DNA of 63,995 nucleotides, filler included, from Basidioascus undulatus (Eukaryota): assembly GCA_000826855.1 (NCBI GenBank). It is 7 parts of 7 records of this genome, joined end to end, with 100 filler letters (N's around TTAATTAATTAA, not from the genome) between each part and the next. Parts side by side here need not be neighbours in the genome. Positions count along the whole stretch, not along the records: positions 9,267 to 18,423 come from JTLS01001292.1; positions 18,524 to 27,679 come from JTLS01001293.1; 5 more parts are not named here. One strand, written 5' to 3'. The stretch's first letter is position 1, and each line of letters begins with the position of its first letter. The notes beneath the pieces are model-generated. The model saw only the letters and a program-made list of their open reading frames with translations, did not search any database and was not told where the DNA came from. This document shows, piece after piece, positions 13,173 to 23,881 of the stretch. Both the position numbers and the translations under genes were made by a program.

Positions 13173-14327
13173 AGCTCAGCCACATTTCCCCTGGCCCAGA
13201 TCCTCGTCATAGATTCCTCCAGCACCGTCTCGTTAGATTCCCTTTCCTCATCGACTCTCGTGGTGCCGGAAGAACGCCCCTCACCTGTCCCAAAGTCTCC
13301 ATCCGGTCTTGCTTCCGTCTCTGTTTCAGACCCTGTCTTCGTCCGCATCCGCGTCCTAGCTCCCCTTCCACCTTCCCTCGTTCACTCTATCATCGTCCCC
13401 TGCTGGTAAACCTCGCTCCAGTCCGCCTCGCCACAGCCCGTTTCTGACATCCCCCTTCCCTTCACTACCCCTCTTCTGCTTCCTCTTCGCCTTGCCTTCT
13501 CCTCTGCCTCTTGCCAGTCCTCCCGCTTTCCTTCGCTTCTGCTGCAAAGCTTTCCCTCTGGGTTTTGGCTGCCGAGCCTCGCCTTTCTGCTCCCTCGCCC
13601 CCTCGCCCTGTACCCTCCTGAGCCCGCTAGCGGCGTTGCATAACGAGCTCTTGAAGCCTAACAAGTAACGCGGGAGACCGCGGCAGGCCACCTCCGCTGC
13701 ATCTATGTCACCGGTCTTACCTGCCTTCCGCTCACCAAGCTCAAGACGAGTCTTGCCGCGCCACGTATTTCGCTTTCCGAGATCTTCAGCTGCTCATATG
13801 TGGCTGCGCTCACGGTCGAGTTGCTTGCCACAGCGTCCTATGCGCCTCATCTCAAGGACCAGATGGGCAAGCTCGGCTTCCGTGCCCTTCATGCTACGAC
13901 CCGCTTGCAACAACCGAGGAAGACCCCTGCTCATGAGGTCTTGGCCAAGCTCCGTAAGCGTCTCTTTGCCCGCTTGGATCGAGAGGCTGCCCAGACCTCT
14001 GACATTGCACCTTGGTTGCAGACTGGCGGCACGAGATCGAGATAACGGGATGAGCGGGTCCTGCGCTTGATTGTCGCTGCTCGAGGCATTCTTGGTAACA
14101 AAGGTTGCATTCAGGACACCGATGGACATCGGAAGCGGAATCAACCACCCCTCTTCTCCCGCTTCCGGCTTATTTCACCACCCTGACAGAACAGGAGACG
14201 TTGGAAGCTGTGAGCGCCTCGGTGATTAGGGGTTACTGAGGGGATGAGGAGACGATGGTTGGTATCAGTGCCGTTGCAGTTCAGGACTTAGTATCAGGAC
14301 CCAGCAGGGAAACACGTACGGTCTGAC

Positions 14328-14534
14328 CGTGCGCGACAGGGAGGCACGGAAGGCGTGCAGGAGCACAGGAAAGCGACTGCGCGCCATAGCCAGACGGGGA
14401 AAGTGCAGGCCGTCAGGTGGGTACGCTTACACCCCGCACCGCACAATTGGGAGAGCTCGGCGCGGAAGGATCGGAGAAGTGCGAAGCAGTTGATGGTGGG
14501 AAATCGAGGAGAGATGTGTGCGCGGTATCAAGCC
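14328..14534 (-). repeat. Diverged duplicate of the 5' UTR and first exon of the RNase H-like gene (copy of 17368-17590)
   Basis: Shared blocks GTGCAGGAGCAC, TACGCTTACACCCCGC, GCAGTTGATGGTGG, GCGCGGTATCAAGCC; encodes MARSRFPVLLHAFRASLSRT (ATG 14387) versus MPRSHFPVLLHTLRSSLSRT. Confidence 0.8.
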
Positions 14535-15888
14535 CCGAGCCGATGCGGTGGTGGAGGAGAGGTCGCCAAACAAGAAAGGGAGTACAAGGTCACAACAAGG
14601 AAAACCCGAGCACTCTTAAAGTATTTAGAGAAATTAGACCTAAGTACGTCGTAACAAAGTACTGAATCGCGAAAGGGTCTGTGAGGCACAAGGCAGTCCG
14701 CCTTTTCTCGTGTCCCAGGGCTCACACAACACTGGCATTGAAAGCCAGATTAATCGTAAGTCCCCATGCAGAGTGTGCTTCGTAATATTTGACGTTATTC
14801 GGGCCACCCACCGCCCTCCGCAATGCGATCTGTACTCGCGAGTCAGCAACGGCAACGTGACCAGCCAGGCTATTGCTGCGAACTGCGCTACCGAAGACTT
14901 TCGAGTGTTCCAAGTAGTCAACCAAGCATATGGTCGTAAAGAGTGAAAACAATTCATCATGAGGCATAATGACAAGCGATCACAGTCGGACGTAGCTAAT
15001 TATCAGCTCGCAGTGCCTGCACTGGCCCTGCCCCGGCAACTGCGCCGAAAAGCTGGACATACCAGGAAACGCGAAAATACAGCCAAGCTAGAGCACCTGG
15101 AACCATCAATTTCCCTCCTTGTTACGGTGCAAATATGTCAAGTCCCCATCCGCCTACGGCTCCTAGAAAAACAAACAACAGTCACTCGTCAGCCATGTCA
15201 TCTTCCTCCTCCTCCTCCTCCTCTTCGCTAACAGAGCAGTGAGACAACGCAGACGAAATAAAAGAAAGTAAGAGAAGTGTTGAACCGGAGGCCCGACAAA
15301 AGGGCAACGAGGACCACGATTCTTGGTTGATAATATTCGACTGAGTGAGATAGCAACATCCGCTCACATGCCCGCACGTCCTCAGACCCTACACAGTTCA
15401 GAATTTTAATGCAAGTATGGCGCTCGTAGACTTTGCACAAATACATTGAGTGGTTGGCAACCTTTCACGCCGTGCTGCTAACGGCATCCGGCAGGCCACA
15501 CCATCGAGAGCTGCATACTCACCCGTGTTCACTGCATGTATGGTGTAGTGAAGGAAAGCTGATTTCTTGATTCTTAACACAAACGAGCAAGCCGTCCCGG
15601 CGAAGAATGCAGCGGTGTAACAAACATCCATTGATCCATCCATCAATCGGTTTGTGCGTTGCAGTCGTCTCTCCAGCAGCACCCGCCGGCAAGCAGGTTG
15701 CCCTGCCCTGCCGCTCTTCCTCTCCAGAAAGTACGTTCTAAGACCCGCGCGCCCGCCTCGGAGCTCTGTCGGGGCTTTCATGCGCCAGCCATCCCACTGC
15801 CCTAGTGCTCTGCTGCAACGCTGTGTGCCCGTCCTCCGCTCACTTCTCTTTCTTGTTCTCCTCCTCTTCTTGTTCTCCTTCTTCTTCC

Positions 15889-17427
15889 TCACCTCCAGCA
15901 CTTCTCCACCCCCTTCTTTCCCTTGGCCTCCTCCCACTCCCTCGCAAACTTCCTCGCAGCTCTAACCTCCCGCGCCCCGACCTCCGCGACGACCTGCGCC
16001 CTTGCCTTGCTCTCCTTCGCCCTTGCCCTCTTCGCGAGCCGGTCCTGCCGCGTTGTGTGCGCGCGCGGGCACCACGCGAGGGTCGCGGTGATCCCGCGCG
16101 CGGCGAACGCGGCGATGTGCGTGTGCGCCCGATGGACGAGGAGGGAGGTGTATGATGTGCGGAGCGGCTTGCGGGAGAGGAGGCTGAGGAGCGCGCCGAG
16201 CGAGTCTGTCATGAGGAGGACGCGCTTGGGAGGGGCCATGGAGGCGAAGGGCGCCGTGCGTTCCAACGCGAAGTAGAGCCCGTGCACGAGCGCGACCAAC
16301 TCGCACACGTCCACGTCCCGCCCTTTGGTCACGTCGGGCATGGCGATGCTGTAGTCAGCAGACACGCCCGGGTGCGCGCAGCGTGATCCCCGCGCCGACG
16401 TGCGCGGCGCCCCAGCTGCTCCCCATATAGGGAATGTCAGGCCAGCTCGGGCGAAGGGAGGAGGGGAGGACGCACGCGAACGACGCATCGGTGATGATGC
16501 GGACGGACGACACGCGCGGGTGAGCGTCAAGGAGGGATTGCGTGTGCGTGGGTGCGATTTCGGGCGCGGGCTCGAGGAGGACGGATGCGGATTTAGGGAG
16601 AGGCGGAGGGACGTCTGGGGTCGTTGTCCAGTCAAGCTCAGCGCAGGACGGAAGAGCAGTATGATTTGGTCTCACAGCTCGGCGGGGTCAGTCGCGTCGC
16701 GCCCGGTACGCGCTTGTTCACGGGTGCAGGGAGAGGCAGCCGGCTTGCAAGCGCCTTGCGGTGCTGCCTTCGGAGGTACGAGTTCGAAAGCGCCTTCTCC
16801 GCCGCTGCTGTGTCTTGCACAGAAGCGTTCGGTACAGAGAGCGCCTGATCTGTGGAGGGCTTCGACTCGGACGCGTCGGAGGGAGCGGGCGTGTGCGTCG
16901 TCTTGACGGATGGGCGCGTGGCGGCCCAAGGGGATAAGGAAGTCCACCACTTCGCGGTGAGCGCGCGCGCGCGCACTGTTCGGGCCCCGCACCTCTTCAG
17001 CATTCGACCATGCATGCGCGCAGTGTACAAAGACTCACCGACACGCTTTGCCCTCCTCTCCGAATTCTCCCTTCTGGCAATCTCCCTCTCCAACAAGCCC
17101 ACCTCCGCCGTCACATCATCCACCTCCGCCTTAGCCTCCTTCCAAGCCTTCTCCGTGTTCAGAAACGCCTCGCGCGTGCGCTCCGCGGTCTTCTCGCGGC
17201 GCTTGAGGCGTTTGCGAGCGAGGCGCAGGTGATTGGGGAGTTCCTGGGAGAGGATGGGATGGTTGAGGTGAAGGGCAGGGGCGAGGAGACGGACTTGAAC
17301 GCACAGCGGTAGGAGAGAGGAGGTTCTTGGGCGGGTTGGGCTGGACACCGTGCGAGAGCGCGAGGAGCGTGCGCGAGAGGGAGGAGCGGAGGGTGTGCAG
17401 GAGCACGGGGAAGTGACTACGAGGCAT
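15889..17427 (-). CDS. Spliced protein with N-terminal coiled coil and C-terminal RNase H-like (RNase HI/RVT_3 type) domain; one apparent 1-nt frameshift
   Basis: Motifs in order: VRIITDASF, VGAGITL, DVCELVALVHGL, VLLMTDSLGAL, TLAWCPRAHTTRQDRLAK (D-E-D-D); about four GT-AG introns; frameshift at CCCGGG near 16370. Confidence 0.7.
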
Positions 17428-18126
17428 GGCTGGGCGGGGGCAGCGCAGGCCGACGGGGTGTTACGCTTACACCCCGCCCTGCGCGATTCGGAGAGGTCCG
17501 TACCAGGGAGGGGCTCGGAAAGTTGGGAGAATACGCGACGCAGTTGATGGTGGAGTCAAGAGAGAGAGAAGGCCAGCGCGGTATCAAGCCGCACGTGCTG
17601 ACCGGAGAGGGCTTGCCAAACAAGTGAAGGCTGCAGGAAGAGACCACAGAACAAAGGAGAGAAACCCTTTCTGACCAAAACGCCTTTCGCACTTATTGGA
17701 CCCGGAGAGCAGAGCAAGAATCGGAAAGGGAAGCGGTGCAGCGCAAGGCAATCTCCGGAGGAGGTGGCAGTTTCTCTGGCTGCATGAGCTCGCAGCATAC
17801 GCTGACCTAGCAAGTAGAGGTTTCCTCATCCTCTTATTGCTTGATTTTCATTATTCCCATACTTTGGCCCACGTCCCTCTGCAGCGAACCGATCTCACGC
17901 GAGACTGCAATCTTTCTTGAGTCAGAATTCTGAAGAACGCAGCGTGGCAAGGCAGCCATGAAAAATTGTTGTGGGATTCGCTTCGACACGCAGTGGCTGC
18001 AGGCTAGATAAGTTGGGCTAGACACCTGGAAAGCCGGTAGAACAATTTCAGAAAATTAGGACACACAGCGACTTGTATCCTTGTCAAAATACAATACAAC
18101 AGACCCCAAACCGACGTCCCCACAAA

Positions 18127-18154
18127 AAAGAAAGAAAGAAAGAAAGAAAGAAAG
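18127..18154 (+). repeat. (AAAG)n microsatellite
   Basis: About 7 tandem AAAG units. Confidence 0.9.
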
Positions 18155-18173
18155 GACAGGAAAGCGCAAACGA

Positions 18174-18423
18174 TCACTCATCTTCCAACTCATGCTCCTC
18201 CTCCACTTCGTCGCCACTCGCTCCCATCTCCACCTCCTCCTCTTCCATCCTCTCTCATACTCCCGATCTCACGAGCGGTGGAGCCTGGAACGCGTAAGGC
18301 AGGGGGACCTTCCCACCGTTCTCGATGAGCTCGACGGCTGCGAGGAGGGCCTGGACGGGCGGGAGGGTCGGGAGCGAGGGGTGCGTCGGCGTAGGCAGGG
18401 AGTTGAGCGAGATGGAGGAGGAT
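18174..18423 (-). CDS. Possible 3' end of a hypothetical gene with acidic tail
   Basis: VQALLAAVELIENGGKVPLPYAFQAPPLVRSGV*ERMEEEEVEMGASGDEVEEEHELEDE*; internal stop, cut by contig edge. Confidence 0.3.
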
Positions 18424-18523
18424 NNNNNNNNNNNNNNNNNNNNNNNNNNNNNNNNNNNNNNNNNNNNTTAATTAATTAANNNNNNNNNNNNNNNNNNNNN
18501 NNNNNNNNNNNNNNNNNNNNNNN
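18424..18523. other. Artificial contig spacer
   Basis: 44 N + TTAATTAATTAA + 44 N. Confidence 0.99.
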
Positions 18524-20165
18524 GGGTGGGGGGGGGGGGGGGGGAGGATGCGTGTGCGCGGAGGGAAGGCGCGGAGACGGACGAGCTCAGTCCCAGGCCG
18601 GTGAGGGTCGCGAGTTCTGTGGAATGGAGAGGGCGAGAGGAAGGATAAGCTTCGAGGGCCGGAGGGGCGGACCCTGAGCGGGTGGAGGGCGCAGGGGCAA
18701 GGGTGCAAGGGACAGGGAAGGGAAGGGGAAGGGGCAAGGGAAAGGGTGAGGGGGGGACGAGCGAATTGAAGACGTACTGTTTCCGCGCCGGGCGCGCGGA
18801 CCGCCCAGAACGTCGCCGTCGCTGAGCTTCATGGGCTGCCGGCATACCCCGCAGACGCCGAGGCTGGTCTTGATGGGCCGGCCGGGGAGGGGGACGGGGC
18901 CATAGACTTCTCGGAAGCATTGCTGTGGACCGAAGAGAGATGGATGAGCGACGGAGATGGGTTGGGGGAGAGGAAGATGGGAGATGGGGGGGTGAAGAAG
19001 ACGTACCTCGTGAAGGGCATGGCCGCACGCGGGCAAAACGTGCGGCTTCTCGCCCGGGAGGCGGAACGAGAAGGAGAGGGGCTCGAGGCAGACTGGGCAA
19101 TCGGGCTCGTCGTCCTCGGGCGAGTCAGCAACGACAGCGTGCGTCGCTGGGCGGGGCATGTTGGACGGGTGCGGGCCGGGCGCGTACGGATGGAGGAGGG
19201 ACGCGTCCGAGCCTGAGCGGTGTCGCGGAGCGGGGGAGGAGGGGGCCGGGCGGTCGGCGGCGTGGGCGTGGTGGGTGCTGTATGAGGAATCGTGGGTGTG
19301 GGTGTTGTGAAGGGGTGCAAAGTCGTCGTAGGCCGGGGACGAGCGGGCAACCTGCGGTGAGCGGCTACGGGCATGGTGCGGGTGCCGGTAGCCTGAGCGG
19401 TGTGCCTCGAGCTCTTCGGCGGGGTGAGCGAAGGTTGAGTGCGGCGTTTGGGCGAGGCTCTGGCTCTGGCTCTGGGGGAGAGCGCGCAAGTCGTCCGTGC
19501 TACCCTTGCGTTTCCCGAGCGCCCGTGCGCGCTCGGCCCAGCTCGAGGGGACGAGCGTGTGCCTCGCCATGGTGAAAGATGGAGAGCGCGCGCCTATGTC
19601 TGTGTCCGCCTGAACGCTTTTCCTGTCGTCGAACTCGTAATCCCCTCGAAGATTGTGGGCTCGGAGGGGCAAGGGAGGGAGGAGGGTACGGGGACAAGAG
19701 CACGAGGTCGTCGAGGTCAAGGTACGACTTGCGATAGGGGTCCGCGCTCGCTGCTGCGGCTGCGGCTGTCGGCGGGAGGGGGCGGGGGGTGAGGGGCGGA
19801 GAGGATGTGGGCCAGGAGGGCAGGGAGTAGCCCGGGGAGAGCGCGATCGTCGACGAAGGTCGACGGGGCTGGAACGAGAAGCTGCCGGCTGAGAAGACAG
19901 GCGACGACCGTCTTCTCGCAGATTCTGCGTCTTCTGCGTCGGTGCTGTCTGGGGGGAGCGGGAACAGCGAGAGCGTGGGCGAGTCGGCGCAGGGGGACTC
20001 TGCGTCGTCGGCGTCGGCGGGGGCAGTGGCGACGGGAAAGACCAAGACGCGGTGCAGAGCGTGAGGGTCACTGCGGACGTCGACGTCGTCCTGCCGGTCC
20101 TTTGTCGGCAGCAGCGGCGGCGACGGCGGGGAGAGCGAACGAGGAGCAACCTCCGCCGCGGACAT
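18524..20165 (-). CDS. Far1/Ste5-like RING-H2 protein (RING-PH-vWA family), 5' part
   Basis: CPVCLEPLSFSFRLPGEKPHVLPACGHALHE|QCFREVYGP..LGVCGVCRQPMKL after a long Pro/Ser-rich N-terminus; one extra base in a homopolymer near 19643; 3' end cut by contig edge. Confidence 0.75.
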
Positions 20166-23100
20166 TCCAGCGATCGTCGTACTCTATTCTGCGCGTCGTG
20201 ATATAGCGCGCGACCGAGGCGGAGCAGCACTCTAAAGCAAGGGTCCGTGCGCTTAGCGGGAGAGGAAGAGAAGGACGAGGACAACCAAGCAACCATGTCC
20301 GCAAACCGCACAGCATCATCATCATACGACAGCGAGGATATAGACAAACAGATCAGCCCATTCAATAAAAGAGCGCCACATACACCCACATAGACACCCA
20401 CACAGAGATCTGTCGTTCGTGGATCGAGGGGCGAGCGAGCGAACAAAGGGAGACGCGCGCAAGCGAGGGCAAGAATGGGCGGTGGCAACCTCCCAGGAAC
20501 CCGGGACACGAGGCACATGCACAACCTGCCGCACGCCACGAGCGCCTCGGGTAAGACACTTGCGCGTGCTCGGACCAACAAACTCGGACGACGGGCACGA
20601 CGAGCTTGTTTGAACGTCCGCCTCGCGTTGAGATTTCTGCGATGGCTGCCTTCGTTTGCTGTGTACTTTCAGTTGGACCTTCTTCTTCGACGTCATTTCC
20701 ATTCCATCCTCCTCAGCTCAGCTGAGACGGACTCATTCTCCCGGTGCAGGCTTTCAGATCCAGACGTTTCAAGTGTTGACCCACCGCACCGCAGGACTTT
20801 TGCGGACTTGACCGTGTCGACACAGCTGTCAACTTGTTATGTGCCTGCTGTCCCTGCTTCCCGCTCACCGTCAATGGAGGACTTCCCGTAGGCCAGATTG
20901 CCAGAATAGCGGCGCCACATGCAAACGGCGGAAAGGGGTCGAATCCGTTAGCTCTATCGCAGGACGCAGAAAGTCTGCCAGATTGCCAACCTGGCTAGTG
21001 TCTGTGGGTCGGGCCACAGGTCAAGTGTCCTAACTGGCAGTACAGGAGGCAGTCCCGCTGCCATTCGGAAGATCCGCCAGCCGTCCAAAACTGATCTGGC
21101 GGTGCTGTCGAGCAACTAGCGAAGGGGGTCGACCCGGTCCCCAGATTCGGTGATCTGGAGGACCTCGGACCACGCGGTCGCTGTCGCTCACGGTCCTCCA
21201 AATACGCAATCTAGCACTGCCAAACAAGAAATGTGGCCTGCGAGAAGTCCTCCAATGACGACCGCGGCGGGTGGATGATCGACGTCGCAGCCAGGGCCCA
21301 GTTGGGCCCAGGGGGGAACGACGTGGGAGCTGGGATGATCGTCCATCCAGAGTGGTATAGGGGCGCGTCTTGACAGCTGCTGGTGCAACACCATCGATAT
21401 GTTGGTGTCAAGCTCTCACAACTCCTCTGAACCTGTTCAGATGTTCGCAGGTTGCAATCCATCCAAGAGGGTGAACAACGGTGGACGGCATCGATGCGGG
21501 CGCTTGGCTTCATACTCAAGTAGTTTTCTGAACAACCCACAGGCAGGTACCCGAATGGCTATGATCTGACTACGAAATGTGCATCAGACAGCCTTTGCGA
21601 AACGAGCCTGGCAGGATGTCCCCGCTCTATCTGTCATAGCCAGGGATTGAGGATCGACGTCTGGGGCCGACGGGCGGGAATACCGGCGCACAGCGAAGGC
21701 TCGGGGGTCGGAAGTCGGAGGTTACGATGGTTCGAAGTTGATGAAAAAGTCCCAGGAGTGGGCGTAGGACAGAGTAACTACTGGCTGTAATGAAGGGGAC
21801 TGTACCAAGGAATACAGGGCGACAGTGATCCAATATCTTCAAATTAGCGGCTACGAGAATTCTCGGGAACTTGGATTTGGGAACTCGGGTGCTCTTTGGC
21901 AGAACAAGAGGTAGGCTGGGTTGAGTATGGGACGACGCATCGTACAGCCCTGCAGTTCGGAACTGCGCATGCGCATGCACCAGCAGCGCAGCAGCTTGCA
22001 TACGTCGCCGTAGGATTTTATGGGATATATGTACTGCGGATATGAATGGTGTATGGTTGTGGGGCATGTTGAGCAAGCTGCAGGCGCGATCCGTGGGTAG
22101 CAGAGGCGTGCAGAACTGGCTCGGGTACGCTCTTGAAGCCGCAGAGTCCTGAACGTGAATGGTGGAGAGTGATGCCATACGCGGATGATGACCTCGTTCT
22201 CCGGGGGGGAAGAAGTACATAAGAGGTTGGGAGAGGTGACCGACTGCCGTTGTGTCGGTTGGTTTGCTCGAGTCGGCAGTCTTCACAGATTCTGCGGTTG
22301 GCCAGACTTTGAAATCACCACGTCTATCTGTTTGTATGAAGAAGGATGATTTTTCCTCCAACTGTTTGTCTGTCTCTACAATTTGTGGCCTGTGCGTGGC
22401 TGCGAGCTCGAAGCGCAGCGCGCTTGTGGGCTCACCACCCAACGGCGCAGTCGTTTGTGACTCTCATGATCTATCGCAAAGCTTTTCAAGCCATGACATA
22501 CCAGAATTGTACACATAATTGCATAGGACACCTCGACGGTTAAGTGTGCACTGGTTGGCAAGACTTCATCTCTCCTGAACAACATGCATGGCCTACGCCG
22601 GCCAGGCCAGGCAAAGAATATGCTATCGTTCAGATAAAATTTAAAGAGACTTCCTCGGATTGTTAGCCTGCCCAGGGAACAGAATTGGCAAGTTGTAGCA
22701 ACACCCGCCCCTGCGTTCCTGGACATCCGCGATCCGACTTCTCGCCATCGCAATCACAAGAAACATCTTTGAGCGCATCTCGCCCCTAGTCTCTTACCCT
22801 TCTTCTCTCCCTTCCTCCAGTCTCAAGTTCTCCTGGTTCACTCCTCTCCGCAGATTTTCACCGAACCGTTACAGGCGTTCCCGTTCGATCTTCCGCATTC
22901 GACAGCTATGTCGGCCCTGCTCATAGTGTCCGAACTGCTCTACTGAGAGTTGCTACGTTTGCCGCCAGACCGTGCTCGATAGCTAAGCGCACGCCACCCT
23001 AAAGCTTTGTTATATATCAGTATTGATCTAATATTCTTCCTCCACTCAGTCATTTCGACAGGAAACCGATGCGAATCCCCCCCGTCACGTCGAGCTTCAA

Positions 23101-23881
23101 TATTGAATAGGCTGCCGGTTGCTAACGCAGCGACCGCCAGGCCAACTACCAAGCCCCGCGCAACGAGAAGAAGTGCCCTCTCTGGGAAGATACAGATGTA
23201 CGGTTCGTTGATTGACTTGCTTTTGTCTACAGAAGAGCCTACTGACGGGACGTCTGCGTATGCTGCTCCTTCAGGTACGCGCAAGCAGTAAGCCCAGGAC
23301 TGCACGACTGCACATGCCCGAACATGGACCCTAGAGCTGATGCCTTTCTATTTTCGAGGTCGAAATGGAGGACCGAGAGGTACAACAAGGCGCGCAGAAT
23401 GTCCAGGAAGGACCCAAGAACGGCGACGGAGAGCTCAAGAACGGCGGCCACGTGTGAGTCTATTGCCTCCCACCTCCTGCTCCACGCTAACCGACTCCTC
23501 TTGCTGAAACTCTCGAATATAGACCTGGTGTTGTTGGACTTAGATTGTGGTAGATGGGTTGGGATCATCGCAATAAGATTTATACAACGGAGTGCCGTAC
23601 TGACGCTACAGTCCGAACTTCTTCCATTTATCGGCCCATGTTCCGACTATCTAATGTCATTCCTCCACTTCGCACTTGTACGCACTCAGGTGTGTATGTG
23701 CCTCCCCGTCCTAGACTTCCCCCGAACGTTCACATCGTTCTCAAGCTGAGGTGTGTCACGGACGTTGCGCTTGCCGCGAATGCCTGCTTTTGACAACATT
23801 TCAGCTGCATCCTTCAACATACCAATCCTGCACACACGCACGCACACACGGACTATGCACTGTAGCTTGCATCAATACCGA

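Noticed and set aside
12203..13348. 381-aa ORF as an intact, intronless (bacterial-like) aldo-keto reductase
   Set aside because: It contains two introns, frameshifts and non-homologous ends, and lacks the N-terminal catalytic residues
18587..20581. 664-aa ORF as a single protein
   Set aside because: It reads through introns and uses the wrong frame upstream of the indel near 19643; the real start is probably 20165
20900..23750. Several 100-270 aa ORFs between the RING gene and the helicase
   Set aside because: No consistent spliced model or family motif could be supported
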